In this document: piece after piece, positions 1 to 8,493 of the stretch
Numbering within the stretch: position 1 is the first letter of the stretch
Layout of the letters: every line of letters begins with the position of its first letter
NCBI GenBank assembly: GCA_041690595.1
Contig: JAWLHB010000047.1
Span: forward strand, 47,031-67,030
Length of the DNA: 20,000 nt
Direction: 5' to 3'
From: Lentisphaeria bacterium
GTDB lineage: Bacteria > Verrucomicrobiota > Lentisphaeria > JABSQK01 > JAWLHB01
Position numbers and translations under genes: made by a program
The notes under the pieces: generated by a model
The model's input: the letters and a program-made list of their open reading frames with translations, nothing else
The model's database searches: none
Told to the model about the DNA's origin: nothing

Positions 1-266
1 TTAGCAAGATGATGCTTCAGGCTGCTTTACTATAGCCCCCATGATGCGAATAGGCGCACTCACTGGGGGTCAAGGCATTTTGTTCGGTCACACTTTCATT
101 TTGCGGAGGCGGGGATAAAATGAATGGAGATCGAGGGAGGCGACACGAACATGGTTGGCAGCTCGCCAATTAATACCATGTTTGAAACTGGCGTTGGTGA
201 TGGAAGTGCGGTATTTTTACCATGCGCAGTCCACCTTCAAGACCCACTTGTGGAGACGTTCAATAG

Positions 267-2246
267 ATGGTGTCAGACATTGGGGCGCGGTTGCCTGATA
301 CCGTTAAGACCCCCACATTTTGGTATTGGGTTGCGATTGGCCTCCTGGCCGCCTTGACGGTGGTGGGTCATTTGAATTATCTCCTCTTCCACGCGATTGC
401 CGAGGGTTTGAGCATCGTGGTGGGTGCCGCGATCTTCTTGATTGTGTGGAATACTCGGCATCACATCGAGCAGGGCTACCTGCTGATCATCAGCGTGGCC
501 TATCTGTCGGTAGCTTTTCTCGACGGCGTACACACGCTCAGCTACGGCGGAATGGGGGTCTTCCAGGAAGGAGGTACCGACCTGCCCGCCCAGCTTTGGC
601 TGGGCGCCAGGTACCTGGAGGCTCTGACCTTGCTCAGCCTCCCGTTCCTAAACAGGTTTCGATTGGATATTGGCCGACTGCTGGCGATTTATACTGCCAT
701 CGTGACACTCTTCCTGCTGAGCATCTTCCGCTGGGATATTTTCCCGATCTGTCACGCCGACGGGCAGCTCACACCCTTCAAGATCGCAAGCGAGTACGTG
801 ATTATCGGCATGTTTGCCTTGTCATTGTGGGGCCTTCGGTGGATGAGCATGGACGCCCACTCGCGGCGCTATTTGTCGACGGCTATCATTGTAACGATGA
901 TTTCCGAGATGATGTTTACGCTGTACAGCGATCCCAATGGATTGCTGAACATGATGGGACATCTGCTCAAGATCATGTCGATCTATTTTGTGTACCTGGC
1001 GCTGGTCGAGCGCGCATTGCGTCACCCCTACGATGTCCTGTTCAGCAGTCTTCAGCGACGCGAGAAGCAGTATCGAGCCCTCTTCGACACGATGAGCGAA
1101 GGCTTTGCCCTGCATGAGATCATCTGCGATGCGCAGGGAAACTGCCAGGATTATCGCTTTCTGGAGGTCAATGCAGCTTTCGAGCAGTTGACGGGACTGA
1201 AGCGGGAGGCGGTAATCGGCAAGAGTGCCAAGGAACTCCTGCCAAAGCTGGAGCAGGCATGGATCGACCACTATTCGGCCGTGGCTCTGACCGGTGAACC
1301 GCGACGGTTCGAGCAATACGCCGCTGAGCTTGGCAAGCATTACTCAGTGGCGGTCTACTGCCCATCGCCCGGGCAGTTTGCCACGATCTTCGCGGACGTG
1401 AGCGAAGAAAAGGAGCACCGGAGAAGGCTCGAGCAAGAGATCCAGTCGCGCCAGCAGGCTCAGGAGCAGCTTCGCGCCCTCAATGACGAGTTGGAGCAAC
1501 GGGTGCGGGAGCGGACATCTCTGGCGCAGCAGCGGGCAGAGCAACTGCAGCACCTCGCCATCGCCCTCACCAAGGCGGAGGAAGTGGAGCGACAGCGGCT
1601 GGCACGCCTGTTGCATGACGACCTGCAGCAGACCCTGGCGGCGGTCAAGTACCGACTCATGTCCCTGAAGGGGACGCTACCGGATGCGTCACCGGAAACG
1701 CTCTCCCTCCTCGCTTCCGCGGATGACCTGATTGGACAGTCCATTACCGAGTCGCGTTCGCTCAGTCATGACCTGAGTCCATACGTGTTGCGCAGCGGCA
1801 ATCTTGGCCGCATCCTGCAGTATGCCTGTGCGGAAGCGCTGGAGAAGCATGGGCTGGAGGTAGACCTGCAAATCGAGACCAACTTCCAGGCGGTAGGCGA
1901 GGCTGTCTGCGGACTTGTACTTCGGTCGACCCGCGAGCTTCTCTTCAACGTGGTGAAACATGCCTCAGTCAGCAAGGCACAGGTGCGGCTTTCGGCGGTG
2001 GACGATCATGCACTGATCGTCGTGCAGGACGCCGGTAAGGGCTTCACCCCAAAGCCAGGCGGCGAGACAGGCATGGGCCTTGGCACGATTCGCGAGCGGC
2101 TCCTGCTGATCGGCGGTCAGATGATCATCGACAGCCTGCCAGGAAGCGGTACACGCATAACCCTCCAGGTGCCGATTGAGGACGGCGAAGCGGTCGTGGT
2201 GCAGAATGGCGAAGACGCCGATGGCGAAAGTTCGCCAAGCGACTGA
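267..2246 (+). CDS. Membrane sensor histidine kinase: MASE3-type multi-TM sensor + PAS + HisKA_3 (NarX/UhpB-like) + HATPase_c
   Basis: About 7-8 hydrophobic helices in the N-terminal 250 aa with MASE3-like motifs (YLLFHAIAE, FLDGVHTLSYGGMGVF, QLWLGARYLEA). PAS region (YRALFDTMSEGFALHE...FLEVNAAFEQLTGL). H-box ERQRLARLLHDDLQQ, N-box ELLFNVVKHA, G1 VQDAGKGF, G2 GMGLGTIRERL and PGSGTRI. GGAG lies upstream of the ATG. Confidence 0.92.
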   Translation: MVSDIGARLPDTVKTPTFWYWVAIGLLAALTVVGHLNYLLFHAIAEGLSIVVGAAIFLIVWNTRHHIEQGYLLIISVAYLSVAFLDGVHTLSYGGMGVFQEGGTDLPAQLWLGARYLEALTLLSLPFLNRFRLDIGRLLAIYTAIVTLFLLSIFRWDIFPICHADGQLTPFKIASEYVIIGMFALSLWGLRWMSMDAHSRRYLSTAIIVTMISEMMFTLYSDPNGLLNMMGHLLKIMSIYFVYLALVERALRHPYDVLFSSLQRREKQYRALFDTMSEGFALHEIICDAQGNCQDYRFLEVNAAFEQLTGLKREAVIGKSAKELLPKLEQAWIDHYSAVALTGEPRRFEQYAAELGKHYSVAVYCPSPGQFATIFADVSEEKEHRRRLEQEIQSRQQAQEQLRALNDELEQRVRERTSLAQQRAEQLQHLAIALTKAEEVERQRLARLLHDDLQQTLAAVKYRLMSLKGTLPDASPETLSLLASADDLIGQSITESRSLSHDLSPYVLRSGNLGRILQYACAEALEKHGLEVDLQIETNFQAVGEAVCGLVLRSTRELLFNVVKHASVSKAQVRLSAVDDHALIVVQDAGKGFTPKPGGETGMGLGTIRERLLLIGGQMIIDSLPGSGTRITLQVPIEDGEAVVVQNGEDADGESSPSD

Positions 2247-2294
2247 CGACAAACCCTCCTGCTGAAACGCCACAAGCAGTTTGCCGGCACCAGC

Positions 2295-3836
2295 CTACGA
2301 TGAGGCCGCACCGCCGATGCTCGCGCCATTGGCCGCGGGAGCGAGCCGCTGAAGCAGCCGTGAGGTGGCATCGTCGAAGACCGCATGCCATTCAGGGGCA
2401 AGCAAGCACTCCGTCACCTCGTAGCCACCGCGCTCGTAGGCATCGGGCTCAGAGCCGTAATGAAGGTAACCGTTGGAGTAGCAGGCAAGGAGCGTTTGGA
2501 GAAAAGGCGATTTTTTCTTCTGCGCCAGCCCGATCTCGACGGAAAGCTCCAGAGGACAGGCAAGAAGCAGGCAGTCGCTGATGCGAATCGCCTGGATCTC
2601 CGCCGCAACGGACTCCTCGCCAGAGTCATCATTGAGCGCCTGGTGCTTCTGGAGCGTAGCCATATCCTCCTGAATGACGACGAGCCGTTCCATGGTGCGA
2701 AGGTTAGCGAGGTACTTGTCCACCTGCTGGCGCTGCCAGGCGTCCATGGCGGCCCGATCTTCCCCATGATAGCGTTCGGTCTGCAGGTAGCGGTACGAAT
2801 AATCAGTAGGAAAATCGGCGTTGACGAGGTGCTGGAGGTAGAGAGGCAGAAAGGCCTTTAAGTTGAGGCAGGTGGAGCGAAGGGAGTCCAGCAGCGCTGC
2901 CTCTTCCTGGCGCAGGGCGGCGAGACGCTCGGGGATATCCGTCCGGCGTGGCAGCATGATCGTCTCGGAGACGAGAGCCAGATCGCCATCATGCGTCTGG
3001 ATGCGGCGCCACGCCGCCAGAGTACTTAGGCCAAGCGTGATTCCAAGCGGCTCGATGTCGCGGGGGCGGTTGAACTCCTTGAAGAAGATATCCACAACAT
3101 TGCCCGCGGCGCCCTGGAGGAAGATGGCCATGGCCTCCCCGCCCAGCGTCTCCTCGATCAGCCGCGAAGCAATGCCCGGGAGATTGGCGGTGATCGAGCC
3201 ATGCGTGTCGCCAAAAAGCAGGTGGCAGGCAAAGTTGTAGACCACCGCGAGCGGGCGGCCATCGACGCGGTCAACGCGCAGGATGCCGATCCCGGGATCG
3301 ATGGGCCCGACGGCCTCGACCTCATCATCCGGGGGACACGGATTGGCATGGCGAATCGTCCAGCACTGGCCATTTTTGAGCTTCAGGCCACGGTTGATGC
3401 TGATCCGGTCCTCGAAACCTTCGCCCGCGCCGATACTCACCTCCGTCAGGCCGAGCGTGGCACGCCGGATGGCATCGAAAACCCGCTCGAGCTGCTGGTT
3501 GTCGTCGCACAAGAGCCGCCCGGGCGGATGAGTGTGGGAGGCATTGACCAGAAGGTTGCCGCCGGGAATCCCCAGCTCCGTTTCGATTCGGGCGCGAAGG
3601 TTCGGCAGAAACGCCTCGCCTACATCGGGAAGAATGCCCGAACTGATGTGACGCGCGCCGATCGCGGTCGTATCCATGGCGACGATCGCCAGGCGCGTGA
3701 CGCCGTCATCGAGCACCAGCACCTTGGCTTGGAGCGGATCGCGCACGGGGGTGGACGGTCTCTCGTTGGTGATCTCGCAGCTGGCAACGCCAGCCCGCAA
3801 TCTCGGCGCGGAAAAAGTGTCTTTCGGGGGCATCAT
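2295..3836 (-). CDS. Neutral/alkaline ceramidase-like metal-dependent amidohydrolase (PVC-type); start uncertain (ATG 3836/3833 preferred over TTG 3878)
   Basis: Family motifs RAGVASCEIT, VRDPLQAKVLVLDDG, NLLVNASHTH, VVYNFACH, FLQGAAGNV and C-terminal YSNGYLHY...AYERGGYEV. The TTG start at 3878 would overlap the upstream gene's stop. Confidence 0.72.
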   Translation of the reverse strand: MMPPKDTFSAPRLRAGVASCEITNERPSTPVRDPLQAKVLVLDDGVTRLAIVAMDTTAIGARHISSGILPDVGEAFLPNLRARIETELGIPGGNLLVNASHTHPPGRLLCDDNQQLERVFDAIRRATLGLTEVSIGAGEGFEDRISINRGLKLKNGQCWTIRHANPCPPDDEVEAVGPIDPGIGILRVDRVDGRPLAVVYNFACHLLFGDTHGSITANLPGIASRLIEETLGGEAMAIFLQGAAGNVVDIFFKEFNRPRDIEPLGITLGLSTLAAWRRIQTHDGDLALVSETIMLPRRTDIPERLAALRQEEAALLDSLRSTCLNLKAFLPLYLQHLVNADFPTDYSYRYLQTERYHGEDRAAMDAWQRQQVDKYLANLRTMERLVVIQEDMATLQKHQALNDDSGEESVAAEIQAIRISDCLLLACPLELSVEIGLAQKKKSPFLQTLLACYSNGYLHYGSEPDAYERGGYEVTECLLAPEWHAVFDDATSRLLQRLAPAANGASIGGAASS

Positions 3837-3861
3837 AAGATCTCGTGCCTGCAACTCGTGA

Positions 3862-6111
3862 TTACCAGGTGATGACAAAGTCGATTACCGCCACTGCGAC
3901 GGCAGACTCCGTTTCATAACGTACATGATCGAACGGCTTGAAACCACTGCCGCTGACATAGGACCAGACCACATCCGTCTGCGCGACAGAAGCCGTCAAC
4001 ATCACATTGCCGGCGCCGGGACGAAGCTGAAGGCAAGGTTGCGTCCCGAATCGCGCGATGAGCTCATCTTCGAGGGCGACACCGATCTCCCGCTTGCCCT
4101 GAAAAAGCCAGCTCAGTTGCCGCGGTTGCCGAAGAACCACGTGGTCGCGGCAGATCAGCTGTTGCCTTCCACCGACAAGGAATTCGCGGGTATAGGCGAT
4201 AACGTCCAGCTCCTCGGGATACGCGGGCGCAAGGTTGAGGCGAATGATGCCCTCGCCCGTACCCTCATCCCACCGCACCAGCTCGATCTCTTCGCCGTGG
4301 TGGCGCTTGGAAGGAATCGACATGGGATAGCCGACGTCGCCGCGCTGTCCCTGCCCATCGATCAGCAGGCAGGAGCGCAAGCAGGAACGAAGGCGGTAGC
4401 CGGAGTCGGGTGTCAGCAGAAGCGGCTGGGCGCCCACAGCCACGATGAAATGGCCGGCGCCCGGGGCGATCTCCATCCGGTCACATGGCCCCCTGGCCCG
4501 GCGATAGGCGTTGTACCCGCACCAGGGGCCGCACTGCACGGAAAGCGTGACGCGGCCGTCCCGGTAGTGCGCCAGACCGCTGTCCTCGAAGAAGGCGAGA
4601 CGCGGCGGTTCGGGAAGCCCCGCAACCGGCTCAACCGTCGGGTCGTGCGAAAGCAGTCCCCAAAGTGGTCCGTGGAAATAGGCGATCTCTTCGACTCCGG
4701 CATAGAAGGCGGTCGGTGGCGTCTCCAGCAGCAGGTGGGCGATCCTGGCAGCGCGCCCATCCCCGTACTTGGTGGCCATACGGTTGAAGAAGGCGTTGCC
4801 GCCGATCATCAACTCGCGGTCGCCGCCAAAATTGGTCGTGACGACCATACGGTGCTCTTTCTCATGCAGAACGGCAATGACGTACTCCATAATCGGCCTG
4901 AAGGGCGCCCAATCGAAGAGGTCGTCTCCCCCGGCAGCCAGAAGCGCATCGCGAAAGTGCGTCAGTTCGTTCAGGTACAGGTAGAAATTGGAGTACGAAC
5001 TTGGCGGCAGGACGCCGTCTCGCGGCATGGCCTCCAGACTGCGGCGGACGCGCGGAATCACGTAGGCGATCCAGCGTTCCGCTTCGGGAAGAATTCCGTA
5101 CAGCGCGAGTGCAGCGGCACCAAAGCTGTGCATCGACCGCCAGCCGTGATCCTGCAGCACCGAACCGCCCCAGTAGTCGCGATTGATCAGGGCAAGGTTC
5201 ACGAACCGGTCCCCCTGCAGCGCCATCTTCGCCAGCATGCTCTTCGTGCGGGCGGGGCCGAGCTCGTCGCGGAGGGCATGAAGCGCCCAGGCCAGGCAGC
5301 GCATGGCGACGGCGGGCGCCATATCGCCATCATGGCTGTAGCCATCTTCTCGCGGGTTTCCCCAGTGCGGCAGCGCCACCGTCTCATCGATAACCTTCAG
5401 CGCCAGGTCGAGGACATCCACATGGCCGTCGAGGTGCCAGGCAGCGATCAGCAAGGGGATGTTTTCGGGGCCGTGCGACGGGCGGGCGAGAAGCCAGGCG
5501 AACGAGCGGCGAAGTGGTTCGGCGTAGAGCGCATGGGTGGTGGTCAAAACCTCGCGCAACCGCCTCCAGTCGGGAGTCGGATTGGCGGCAGCGAGGCCGG
5601 GTGGCAGGGGCTCCAGGCAATCTTCCGGATCCGCTTCCAGCCGCGCGGAGATCCAGCTTATGGCCATGGGCCGATAGGGTATCAACCGCAGCGTCGCTTC
5701 GCCCGAGAGAGGCAGGTGGAAGGCCATCCGCCCCCGGAAACGGCGGTGCGCGATGTCTTCCAGCGATACCCGCTGAAAGAACCAGAGGCCCAGACGCTGC
5801 CCGTTCACCTCGACCCAGTAACTCGGCACCAGCGGCTTGTTCCCGTCAAGCTCCGTAAAATCCCACGGTCCGCAGCGCTGCCCCTTGTTCCCGTAGCAGT
5901 CAAAGGTCAGATACAGCTCTTCCCAGTCGAACGCTGACGCATCGACAATCACCGAGAGCTGATAGAGCCCGGCCGGCGCCTCGAAGCTGAGCCGCAAGGC
6001 GCCATCGTCCAGCTGCTGGAAGGGGACAAGCCGGGGTTCCGCGAGAGTGCAGATGCATGGTGGAATCGTAACCATTGAAAGAGCCGGATCAGCGTTGAGC
6101 TTTGCGGGCAT
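3862..6111 (-). CDS. Heparinase II/III-like (polysaccharide-lyase-fold) protein with uncharacterised N-terminal domain
   Basis: Helical middle region (YWGGSVLQDHGW, FGAAALALY, DGVLPPSSY) is followed by a beta-rich C-terminus with FFEDSGLAHYR, HFIVAVGAQPLLLTPDSGY, LLIDGQGQ and LNLAPAYP, as in Hepar_II_III beta-sandwich domains. Confidence 0.62.
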   Translation of the reverse strand: MPAKLNADPALSMVTIPPCICTLAEPRLVPFQQLDDGALRLSFEAPAGLYQLSVIVDASAFDWEELYLTFDCYGNKGQRCGPWDFTELDGNKPLVPSYWVEVNGQRLGLWFFQRVSLEDIAHRRFRGRMAFHLPLSGEATLRLIPYRPMAISWISARLEADPEDCLEPLPPGLAAANPTPDWRRLREVLTTTHALYAEPLRRSFAWLLARPSHGPENIPLLIAAWHLDGHVDVLDLALKVIDETVALPHWGNPREDGYSHDGDMAPAVAMRCLAWALHALRDELGPARTKSMLAKMALQGDRFVNLALINRDYWGGSVLQDHGWRSMHSFGAAALALYGILPEAERWIAYVIPRVRRSLEAMPRDGVLPPSSYSNFYLYLNELTHFRDALLAAGGDDLFDWAPFRPIMEYVIAVLHEKEHRMVVTTNFGGDRELMIGGNAFFNRMATKYGDGRAARIAHLLLETPPTAFYAGVEEIAYFHGPLWGLLSHDPTVEPVAGLPEPPRLAFFEDSGLAHYRDGRVTLSVQCGPWCGYNAYRRARGPCDRMEIAPGAGHFIVAVGAQPLLLTPDSGYRLRSCLRSCLLIDGQGQRGDVGYPMSIPSKRHHGEEIELVRWDEGTGEGIIRLNLAPAYPEELDVIAYTREFLVGGRQQLICRDHVVLRQPRQLSWLFQGKREIGVALEDELIARFGTQPCLQLRPGAGNVMLTASVAQTDVVWSYVSGSGFKPFDHVRYETESAVAVAVIDFVITW

Positions 6112-6153
6112 GAGAAGCGACCTTGCGCAGGAGGATATGGGTTGCTGAATGCA

Positions 6154-7551
6154 TTATTCGACAGGTTTGGCAAAGAGCATGGGCGCCGGCAAGCCGGTGG
6201 CGGCGCTGCGCAGAACCACCTGCCCCTGACCATTGCCGCCGCTCCCATAATCCACAAGCAACGCCGTGGGAACCGCGCGGCTGAGCTGCAACGTGACGCT
6301 GTTGCCCTCGATTTCGGTGCCGATCACCTGCAGATCCGCCGGAGCCCGATCGGCGCCACGGAAACGAAAACCTTCAGCTCGCTTGCCTTCCTTCCCATCC
6401 CAGGAGCGGAGCGTCATCGGTTGGTCGAAGGTAAGAAGAAGCTGCTCTTCCCCCTTGCGCTGAAGGTGCAGCAGCCGCGGAAGGGCCATCTCCTTCTTCC
6501 CGTAAATCCCGGATAGGATCGCGGCCGACCACCGATCGGCATAGCACTGCATGTTGTCCAGAGCGCGGAAATGACACCCGTCGGTCGGAAAAATGTCGAA
6601 GGTCACCGCCCCCTGCAAGGCATGAGGATGCTCGCTCCACATCTCCTGCTGCGCCCGGCGGATGTTGTCATTCTTCTCCCGATCCGAGCCCTGGTTGGTC
6701 AGCTGACCGACGAGCACGGGAACCCCAAGATCATCCCAGAAGTCCGTGATGGCGGCCAGCAGATTCGTCTTGTACTCATCGTAATCGCCCATCACCGTCA
6801 GCGTATTGTGATGGGTCATGTCGTTTTCTCCCTGGTAATAGAGAACCGCCCGGACCTTCATGGTACCGTCGGTGGCTGCCTTGATGCTGTTGAGCATTCG
6901 CGCCTGCATCGAGCCGGGATTGCCCCAGGCGAGAGTGCCGTCACCGCGACGCCACTGCTTGACCACCGTGCTGCCCGCCGCCGTCGCGATGAAGCCGATT
7001 GGGACATTCTCCGCCGGAATCAGGGTGTTCAAGACCATCGGCCAGGGCGAACCGTAGTCCCCATCGTTGGCGGATGGATCCTCCCCGATTGACCAGCTGT
7101 TCTTGCGATACTTGACGCCGACATAGGGATTCTCCTTCTTCAGCTGCACCATCTCGGTTCCCCGTCCATCCGCATTCGACTGTCCCGTGATCACGAAAAG
7201 ATCGCCGATGCTGACCATCGGCACGGTGGCGACAAGCATCGGCTCGGCGATACCGCGAACCTCCAGCTCGCCCTGCCCAACCCCTTCCCGCAGAACGCCC
7301 GCAAAGTTCCCCTCCTTCGGCGACGGGTCGATCACCTGCCAGTCGCGACCGCAAAAACGCGCCTCGACCCGCTCGAGCTTCACCTCGCCCGGCCAGCTGC
7401 CCCGCACCGGGATGCTGCCTTGCTCCGCCGTATCGCGCTGCACCAGCGTGTAGCCCACCGGATAAAGCACCACAAGTTGCCCCTCTTCAGCAACCAACGC
7501 AGTGGAAGTGAGAAGGGCGAGCGCAGCCAGAGAACGGAGTGATTTCTTCAT
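6154..7551 (-). CDS. Secreted SGNH-type carbohydrate acetylesterase (SASA / sialate O-acetylesterase / CE6-like)
   Basis: Sec signal peptide MKKSLRSLAALALLTSTALVA. Block I GDLFVITGQSNA (catalytic Ser), block III LYYQGE and block V DGCH (DxxH). GAGG lies upstream on the minus strand. Confidence 0.85.
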   Translation of the reverse strand: MKKSLRSLAALALLTSTALVAEEGQLVVLYPVGYTLVQRDTAEQGSIPVRGSWPGEVKLERVEARFCGRDWQVIDPSPKEGNFAGVLREGVGQGELEVRGIAEPMLVATVPMVSIGDLFVITGQSNADGRGTEMVQLKKENPYVGVKYRKNSWSIGEDPSANDGDYGSPWPMVLNTLIPAENVPIGFIATAAGSTVVKQWRRGDGTLAWGNPGSMQARMLNSIKAATDGTMKVRAVLYYQGENDMTHHNTLTVMGDYDEYKTNLLAAITDFWDDLGVPVLVGQLTNQGSDREKNDNIRRAQQEMWSEHPHALQGAVTFDIFPTDGCHFRALDNMQCYADRWSAAILSGIYGKKEMALPRLLHLQRKGEEQLLLTFDQPMTLRSWDGKEGKRAEGFRFRGADRAPADLQVIGTEIEGNSVTLQLSRAVPTALLVDYGSGGNGQGQVVLRSAATGLPAPMLFAKPVE

Positions 7552-7712
7552 GACGTAACCTCAACTGAATGATGCCGGAATGGCGAGGATATGGGAGACC
7601 CGGGTGACCGAGAAAAACGAACGGGCAGATTACTACTGCCGCTCCTTCATCGACCTTTCAAGCAAGAGCCGGAAAGATGGGGCCTTCCCTGGCGATTCCC
7701 GGTTGGAGTTCC

Positions 7713-7741
7713 TTGACAGAAAGGCGCGGTGGGGCTAATCT
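7713..7741 (+). promoter_or_regulatory. Sigma70-type promoter for the methyltransferase gene
   Basis: Perfect -35 TTGACA (7713-7718), 17-bp spacer, -10 TAATCT (7736-7741; conserved T,A...T positions). AAGGA RBS at 7792-7796 precedes ATG 7802. Confidence 0.6.
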
Positions 7742-7801
7742 CAACGAATTGCGGTGGCACGGAAGCCCCCAGAACGTCAAGTTAGACCATGAAGGAATGA
7801 G

Positions 7802-8422
7802 ATGAGTACAAGCCCCCTCGTATTCGATCCTTATATAATCCAGAACGTCCCCGGAAAGACCTTCCTCGACGTTGGCTGCGGTTACGGAAAATGGGGCTTC
7901 CTGCTCAAGAAGTATGCCGATCCCACTCAGCCGCGCCATGTCACCGGTCTGGATCTCTTCGAACCCCACGTGAAAGCACTCCAGGCGGATGGCATTTACG
8001 ACGAGGTTCATGTGGGCGACGCCACCGCCCTGCCCTTCCCGGACAAGTCATTCGACACGGTCATCGCTTGCGAAGTTCTGGAACACTTGCCGCGGGAACA
8101 GGGAGAAGTACTCATCCGTGAACTCAGGCGCGTTGCCAGGCTCTGTTTCGTCGTCTCCACGCCAGGCTTCCCGTGCCTGCGTGGGGGAAGCGATACCCTT
8201 GATGGCTTCAACCCCCACGAAGCTCACCAGCATATCTATTCCTACAAAGACTTCAGCTCCCTGGGCTTCACCCAGATCATCGGAGTTGGATGCCTGCGAA
8301 TGCGACCATTCAAGCTGGCCGCGGCCTTTGCATCACTTGGCATCTGGTTCCCATGGCTCAGTCGCTATCGTCTTGGCTTTTGGTTTGCCGACGGAAAGAG
8401 GCGTGTCCTCGAACTGGAATAG
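7802..8422 (+). CDS. Class I SAM-dependent methyltransferase (Methyltransf_11/25-like)
   Basis: Motif I FLDVGCGYG, post-I VTGLD, motif II/III GDATALPFPDKSFDTVIACEVLEHL. Has its own promoter and RBS. Confidence 0.9.
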   Translation: MSTSPLVFDPYIIQNVPGKTFLDVGCGYGKWGFLLKKYADPTQPRHVTGLDLFEPHVKALQADGIYDEVHVGDATALPFPDKSFDTVIACEVLEHLPREQGEVLIRELRRVARLCFVVSTPGFPCLRGGSDTLDGFNPHEAHQHIYSYKDFSSLGFTQIIGVGCLRMRPFKLAAAFASLGIWFPWLSRYRLGFWFADGKRRVLELE

Positions 8423-8447
8423 CCCGCCCTAACCGCACCCTGCCCCA

Positions 8448-8463
8448 ACGCAACGGGTTGCGT
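8448..8463. terminator. Short hairpin between convergent genes (possible weak terminator)
   Basis: ACGCAA-cggg-TTGCGT is a perfect 6-bp stem between the convergent stops at 8422 and 8494. There is no U-tract. Confidence 0.25.
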
Positions 8464-8493
8464 CCACTGCGTCCACTCCTCTTGCCGCCACGC

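Noticed and set aside
124..357. 77-aa ORF overlapping the kinase start (possible leader peptide)
   Set aside because: No recognisable features, and it overlaps the kinase out of frame by 91 bp. Unsupported.
3925..5937. 670-aa plus-strand ORF
   Set aside because: Antisense shadow of the heparinase-like gene. Stop-poor reverse frames are expected at high GC, and it has no recognisable motifs.
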